From: a plasmid | DNA: 48,068 nt | Strand: one strand, 5' to 3' | Sequence record: NZ_CP008945.1 | Shown here: piece after piece, positions 44,101 to 48,068 of the stretch | Position numbering within the stretch: position 1 is the stretch's first letter | Layout: the number at the start of each line of letters is the position of its first letter | Made by a program: the position numbers and the translations under genes | The notes under the pieces: model-generated | The model's database searches: none | Seen by the model: only the letters and a program-made list of their open reading frames with translations | What the model was told of the DNA's origin: nothing

Positions 44101-44226
44101 ATACAGACACAGCTCACGATCAAAACCCTGCGGGTCACGCGACTCAAAGCGGTCAAACTCCGCGCCCCGGGCAGTCAGCCAGTACTCGATCTCCGACTCA
44201 AACCGCCGCTCCGACGTATCCATCAC
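41197..44226 (-). CDS. hsdR: Type I restriction enzyme R subunit (HsdR).
   Basis: 1009 aa. N-terminal Type I/III restriction domain. DEAD-box helicase motifs (GSGKS, DEAH). Confidence 0.9.
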   Translation of the reverse strand: MMDTSERRFESEIEYWLTARGAEFDRFESRDPQGFDRELCLYPADLIRFVKVTQPDQWAKLERSYRGNAEQKFLKRVAAQLDQRGVIDVLRRGVEDVGARFKLVYFAPGTDLNEVLAEKYWANEMSIVRQLRYSTRSENSVDTVLLVNGIPVATLELKNPLTGQTYRNAIAQYKRDRPASEPLFGLNRRAVVHFAVDTDEVWMTTKLAGQDTVFLPFNRGFQNGAGNPPVEGKFKTSYLWEQVLAKDSLLDILHRFVQFVPGKTPEGRSAKSKDKVIFPRFHQLDAVRKLIADAKANGAGHNYLVQHSAGSGKSNTIAWLAHHLSNLHDDEQRVVFDSIIVITDRRVLDKQLQDTVFSMDHTAGVVVKVDKNARQLTDALGRGARIIISTLQKFPFVDVSNIVTVGKRFAVIVDEAHSSQTGQASERLKQVLADTAQAGQESEAELLDRYAKAEAQVETEQLEVDEQIAADMATHGCQPNLSFFAFTATPKQKTLEIFGTPTPGGAPRPFHVYSMKQAIEEGFILDVLANYITYQTYYKVGKATADDPEYAKKQANKALGKYLALHPHNLRQKAEIIIEHFRSNVAHKIGGKAKAMLVTGSRLHAVRYYFAFANYIKAKGYTDLGVLVAFSGTVEDDGHDYTEEQLNGFPEAELPDRFDTGEYQILLVAEKYQTGFDQPLLQTMYVDKKLHGVKAVQTLSRINRMCPGKSDTFVLDFVNSADDIQAAFQDYYVSTSISEETDPNIVYDLYHLIASYQLWQVEEIDGFATVFFREQKQQTNLDFGRLNAYLDPAVGRFDALDDEEKVEVRSAFNKFNRNYEFLTHIIRFDDEQLHKFAAYAKLLTRKLHIDGDPAPHLDDEVTLQYYRLQSVYEGSIDLQDQVGELNNSPKLSMPTEDDRERLSKILDSLNERWGTEFTNMDKVLEQVADDLAQDNEIQLRAHNPLDLFKIIYDEKMPDVMLARMTQNHDFSMKYLSDKAFRADVDAILLPLIHDRLNRPRHEDSQRDDS

Positions 44227-45416
44227 GCAGCCTCCTCACTAACCCGAACCTTGCCCGTCACCACATCATTAATAACCTGCTTGCGATAAGCACCCAACAA
44301 CTCCATCTGGCGGTCAATATCGCCAATCAAGCCGTCAATTTCTGCTGTCTTCGAATCGAGGAAATCTGCGATTTCTTCCTGCTCGCGAAGCGGCGGAAGA
44401 AGTGTTGGCAGTTTCCTTAGTTCTGAATAGTTCAACGACTGCCGCACGCCAGATCCAAGCCCGTAGAAAATCTTCTTTAGATCGTAAGCGCGCATCATCC
44501 ATCCAAGGAATCGCGGATCTATCTGAGCCCCGGGAATAAGCCCAATGTATGCTCCTGTGATGATTCCACGTTCACTAACGTAACCACTGCGCAGGCTTCT
44601 CTTGTCATTTTGCAGATCGGTCATGCGTAGAACTACATACCCAGGATTAACGATTTGATAAGTATCAAACGAAGCTGACAACAGCCCAAAAGCCAGATTA
44701 ATATCCTTGCGAATGATCGAACCGTAGCTAAGGCTCAGGAGATTACTCTCCGAAAGATCCTTGTTCTTCGTTTTGTTCTCATCGGTCATATTTGAAAGCG
44801 TCTGGATCTGCCACGCTTCTGGGATCTCGCCGATCCACTGCAACCCACTTTCTTTCATGGGGGCTTCGGGGTCGAGTCCCTTCGTGACGGTGTGGGCGAT
44901 CAACTCACGCTTGTAACGCTCCAACAACTCCCGCTGGCGCCTGAGCTTCTCGACCACCACGTCAATCTCAGCAGTCTTCGCATCCAAGAACGCAGCCATC
45001 CGTTCCTGTACTTCAATGTGCGACGGTATGGAAATTCGAACCTTCTCGATAACGCTGGCTGATATTCCCGGCTGTGCAGCCGCCTGAGAATATTGATTTA
45101 GATTCATTTGGATTAGCAGATAATACAAATACCTTGGGAGAACAAGACCGGAGATCGAGGCGATAAGTGCATGCTCGGATGCATATGCGGGTTGTGCAAC
45201 AAAGTGCACGTTTCCGGCCAGTGCTCCCTGCCGACCCACTAGAAGGTTAGTTCCTTCAATATTCGATGTCTCGGTGTACCCTCTTATTCCGTTACCTCCA
45301 AATACTGGATAGGTTCCCGTTTCGTGGATCTCTTCTCCTCGAATAGATCCACCGGAACGGAATCTGGCTAGTCGCTTAAGCGGGATTTCCAAACTTCCAC
45401 CTGGGTAACTGTCCAT
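44223..45416 (-). CDS. hsdS: Type I restriction-modification specificity subunit (HsdS) with two target-recognition domains.
   Basis: Two TRDs separated by conserved coiled-coil spacers (..LDAKTAEID..). Lower GC than the flanking genes. Confidence 0.85.
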   Translation of the reverse strand: MDSYPGGSLEIPLKRLARFRSGGSIRGEEIHETGTYPVFGGNGIRGYTETSNIEGTNLLVGRQGALAGNVHFVAQPAYASEHALIASISGLVLPRYLYYLLIQMNLNQYSQAAAQPGISASVIEKVRISIPSHIEVQERMAAFLDAKTAEIDVVVEKLRRQRELLERYKRELIAHTVTKGLDPEAPMKESGLQWIGEIPEAWQIQTLSNMTDENKTKNKDLSESNLLSLSYGSIIRKDINLAFGLLSASFDTYQIVNPGYVVLRMTDLQNDKRSLRSGYVSERGIITGAYIGLIPGAQIDPRFLGWMMRAYDLKKIFYGLGSGVRQSLNYSELRKLPTLLPPLREQEEIADFLDSKTAEIDGLIGDIDRQMELLGAYRKQVINDVVTGKVRVSEEAA

Positions 45417-47465
45417 CTATACCGCCTGCTCACTGAATAGTTTGGCGATGGAGGCTTGGATGTGGGCTCCAAGGCTTTGGATTTCGGCGAGGGTTTTGGT
45501 TGGGTCGCCGAGTTCTTCGTATTGGTAGAAGTAGCGGGTGAAGGGGATCTCGTAGCCGATCTTGGTCTTGTCGGGGTCGACGTAGGCGTCGGCCGCGTAG
45601 GGGATGACTTCGCGCTGGATGTAGGCGTCGATGTCTTCAGCGAGTGGGATCTGCTCGGTGTCGCGCAGCGCAGGGTCAGGTTCCGGGTTGCCCTTGGTGT
45701 CGCGGCAGATGTCTGCAGTCGGGTCAGTTTCACCCAGAGCCACCACGATCGCTTTCAACAGCGGGGCGCGCACCGTCAAACCATGCTCTTTGAAAGAGGC
45801 TTTGAGGACCTTCGTGAATTCGTCTCGGTTCTTCCACACCCGCTGGTCGCCGAGAGTTTCGATGGCGTCGACGATCGCTCGTTGGGTCTTCTTGCCGCCC
45901 TCGATCTCTTGGGTGCGGGCGGCTTCGCTACGCTTCTTCGAGGTGGCCAGATTCTTGAACGGGGTCCGCTCCCAGACTCGCTCGACGCGCTCAGGTGTGG
46001 CGGTGAAGTTCAAACGTAGCGGGCGTTCCACCGTGACTTCATGGAAGCCGAACTCGCGGGTGTCGAAAATCTTGGAGTGCTCACCCTCGGTGAAGTCGCC
46101 GTAGATGCGCGCGATCTGGGCAATGTTGTCAGCGGTGAGGTATTTGCGTTTTTCGCCGAGCGGTTTGCGCATCCTGGCAAAGAACTTGGTGGCGTCGATC
46201 AGTTGCACCTTGTTCTTGCGGATCGATGCCTTCCGGTTGGAGAGCACCCAGATGTAGGTAAGGATGCCGGTGTTGTAGAACATCTGGTCAGGCAGGGCGA
46301 CGATGGTCTCAAGCCAGTCGTTTTCAAGAATCCAGCGACGAATGTTCGACTCGCCCGACCCTGCCGCGCCGGTAAACAGGGGCGAGCCGTTGAACACGAT
46401 CCCGATCCGAGTGCCCGGCGCGTTCTGCGTATCAGCCGGATCGTAAGACTTCATCTTCGAGATCATGTGCTGCAAGAACAGGAACGACCCATCAGAGATT
46501 CGGGGCAGGCCAGCGCCGAAGCGCCCCTTCCACCCCCGCTTCTCGGCCTCGTCCTTGATCGGGCCTGCGTACTTCTTCCATTCCACGCCGAAGGGTGGGT
46601 TGCACAGCATGTAGTTGAACGTCCGACCCGCTGTTCTGTCAGCGGTCAGCGAGTTGCCGAAGTAGATTCGGTCGGCGTCATCGCCCTTGATGAGAATGTC
46701 GGACTTTGCCACCGCGTAGGATTGCGGGTTGAGCTCCTGCCCGTACACTTCGATGCGCGCGTCGTCGTTGAGGACCCGGGCTCGTTCGATCGCTTCGGAG
46801 AGCATGCCACCGGTGCCAACTCCCGGGTCATACAGCGACGCCATGAACCCGGGCGCGCATATGGCATCCATGTCCGGGTCGAACAGCACCTCGACCATGA
46901 GCTGGATGACTTCACGTGGGGTGAAGTGCTCACCGGCGGTCTCGTTGGACAGCTCGTTGAATCGCCGGATCAGTTCTTCAAAGATCGACCCCATGTCTTC
47001 GTTGGAGACCGCTGCAGGTAAGAAGTCCACCGCAGGGTCAGTGAAAGCATCGACGATCTGGTAGAGCAGATCGGAGCGGTCGAGACGGTCAATCACGGTA
47101 TAGAAGTCGTAGGACTTCATCACGTCGCGGGCGTTCCGCGAAAAGCCCTCCACGTAGGAGCGCAGGTTACCTTCCAGGTTGTCAGGATCGTTCTTGAGCG
47201 TGTGCAGCGTGAACCTGGAGGTGTTCCAGAACGGGTAGCCCGTAGCTCTCGCGTATTGGATGCGCTTGACCTCAGCCGGGACACCCTTCTGGTCACGAAT
47301 CTGGGCAACTTTGTCCTTCGTACTCACGAGAACCGAATCGAGACGGGTAAGCACCGTGAACGGCAAGATCACGTCCCCGTACTCGTGCTCCTTGTAGTCA
47401 CCGCGCAGCAGGTTCGCAATCTTCCAAATGAAGCTGACATAGTTCGTTGTTTTCTCAGTGCCCAT
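45417..47465 (-). CDS. hsdM: Type I restriction-modification N6-adenine methyltransferase subunit (HsdM).
   Basis: HsdM N-terminal domain (IWKIANLLRGDY..EYGDVILPFTVLTRLD). NPPF catalytic motif. SAM-binding region. Confidence 0.9.
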   Translation of the reverse strand: MGTEKTTNYVSFIWKIANLLRGDYKEHEYGDVILPFTVLTRLDSVLVSTKDKVAQIRDQKGVPAEVKRIQYARATGYPFWNTSRFTLHTLKNDPDNLEGNLRSYVEGFSRNARDVMKSYDFYTVIDRLDRSDLLYQIVDAFTDPAVDFLPAAVSNEDMGSIFEELIRRFNELSNETAGEHFTPREVIQLMVEVLFDPDMDAICAPGFMASLYDPGVGTGGMLSEAIERARVLNDDARIEVYGQELNPQSYAVAKSDILIKGDDADRIYFGNSLTADRTAGRTFNYMLCNPPFGVEWKKYAGPIKDEAEKRGWKGRFGAGLPRISDGSFLFLQHMISKMKSYDPADTQNAPGTRIGIVFNGSPLFTGAAGSGESNIRRWILENDWLETIVALPDQMFYNTGILTYIWVLSNRKASIRKNKVQLIDATKFFARMRKPLGEKRKYLTADNIAQIARIYGDFTEGEHSKIFDTREFGFHEVTVERPLRLNFTATPERVERVWERTPFKNLATSKKRSEAARTQEIEGGKKTQRAIVDAIETLGDQRVWKNRDEFTKVLKASFKEHGLTVRAPLLKAIVVALGETDPTADICRDTKGNPEPDPALRDTEQIPLAEDIDAYIQREVIPYAADAYVDPDKTKIGYEIPFTRYFYQYEELGDPTKTLAEIQSLGAHIQASIAKLFSEQAV

Positions 47466-47664
47466 TCGGGTCAACTCCATCTTCCATCAATCGCTCGTAA
47501 CGCTCATGCGACATGACCACCACGAGAGGCTTTCCGTAACGCAACACGTAGGCCACATCGTCACCATCAGCCACTTCCTTGAGCAGCTTCGATGCCTGAC
47601 CACGTCCAAGGTCGCCAATGTTGATGTGCTTCATCGACTTCTTCGCCGTACGCTTCCGCACCAT
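47455..47664 (-). CDS. Phd/YefM-family antitoxin-like DNA-binding protein, translationally coupled to hsdM (11-nt overlap).
   Basis: KHINIGDLGRGQASKLLKEVADGDDVAYVLRYGKPLVVVMSHERYERL matches the Phd/YefM fold pattern. No cognate toxin gene follows. Confidence 0.6.
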   Translation of the reverse strand: MVRKRTAKKSMKHINIGDLGRGQASKLLKEVADGDDVAYVLRYGKPLVVVMSHERYERLMEDGVDPNGH

Positions 47665-47699
47665 CGTATCCTTCACCACGAGTTACCGCCAACGCCTCA

Positions 47700-47775
47700 T
47701 TTTCCCATAAATGCATGCAAAATATCGTCACAACATGCGCGAGATACTACATGTACTTTTGCATGTGGTTCTTCG
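47700..47775. promoter_or_regulatory. AT-rich promoter/operator region upstream of the Phd-like gene, containing the inverted repeat CATGCAAAAGTA ... TATTTTGCATG.
   Basis: Lower GC content. TTGTGAC -35-like element. Dyad symmetry typical of antitoxin-type autoregulation sites. Confidence 0.35.
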
Positions 47776-48041
47776 TGAAGATGGAGACATGTGCGCGAGC
47801 CAGAACGCCCCACAAGGTCGAAGGTGGGCACGGTCTTATCAATCACAATTGAGGGCACGCCCCCTCGCCAGATATCCGCTAACGCAAGCCCACCAGCAGA
47901 CCCCCTCAACCAGAAACGTGCACCACTCCAACGGGAAGATCGGGGACGAGCACCCGATTACTGAACCTCCAGCACACCAGCGAACAGCCCCAGAAACAAC
48001 AAAATCCCTGGTCAAAAGGGGTTCAGGAACTCACGCGGTTT

Positions 48042-48058
48042 TTATCATTTTCGACGTC
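48042..48058. repeat. Right terminal 17-bp inverted repeat TTATCATTTTCGACGTC, the reverse complement of 5..21.
   Basis: Exact match, read from the sequence. Confidence 0.6.
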
Positions 48059-48068
48059 TTTGTTTCCA

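Noticed and set aside
46041-47021. 326-aa plus-strand ORF inside hsdM.
   Set aside because: Antisense to a clear HsdM coding frame.
47455-47909. Search for a Doc/YoeB/RelE-type toxin partner of the Phd-like gene (for example the 70-aa ORF 47697..47909).
   Set aside because: Downstream is hsdM. The upstream 70-aa ORF lies in the promoter region, is on the wrong side for an antitoxin-toxin pair, and has no toxin-like motifs.

Overview
This window is a ~48-kb temperate siphovirus-type prophage with an HK97-like head module. GC content is high (~60%) and genes use GGAGG/GAAAGG-type RBSs, so the host is probably a high-GC Gram-positive (Actinomycetota; the lysis genes resemble Bifidobacterium-type prophages). 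Nearly every gene is on the minus strand, so the gene order below reads right to left.

Gene order:
- Type I restriction-modification (hsdM-hsdS-hsdR), with a Phd/YefM-like gene translationally coupled to hsdM.
- An ImmR/ImmA-type immunity module (XRE repressor plus HEXXH metalloprotease) with palindromic operators.
- Early and replication genes: a sigma-region-4-like protein, a DUF2800 nuclease, a DUF2815 SSB-like protein, a family-A DNA polymerase, a Bro-N/KilAC antirepressor, a DUF4406 protein, an AEP prim-pol/SF3 helicase, a VRR-NUC nuclease, a SNF2 helicase and an ArpU/RinA-like regulator.
- HNH endonuclease and a putative terminase small subunit.
- A ~6-kb accessory insert: SAM synthetase (MetK), a ParB-N/DNA methyltransferase fusion, a C5-cytosine methyltransferase, and two tandemly duplicated small-gene modules.
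- Packaging, head and tail: terminase large subunit, portal, ClpP-like prohead protease, HK97 major capsid protein, connector proteins, major tail protein, a G/GT tail chaperone with a CCCAAAA -1 slippery site, tape measure protein, Dit, and a large repeat-containing tail tip/fibre protein.
- Lysis and integration: holin, an Amidase_2 endolysin with two CW_7 repeats, a zinc-ribbon/HTH protein, and two translationally coupled large serine recombinases.

Opposite-strand morons:
- A small membrane protein plus an alpha/beta hydrolase between the tape measure gene and the GT chaperone.
- A low-GC gene of unknown function between portal and terminase.
- A 65-aa ORF next to the antirepressor.

Other observations. 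The two ends of the window carry a perfect 17-bp inverted repeat, which is consistent with serine-integrase attL/attR outer arms and therefore with the whole window being one integrated element. Two families of repeated promoter/operator-like DNA motifs are present (four and three copies). A duplicated gene pair carries a conserved C-terminal peptide encoded in shifted frames.

No rRNA or CRISPR arrays were seen; tRNA genes were not scanned for. Coordinates of DNA motifs were read by hand and may be off by a few bases.
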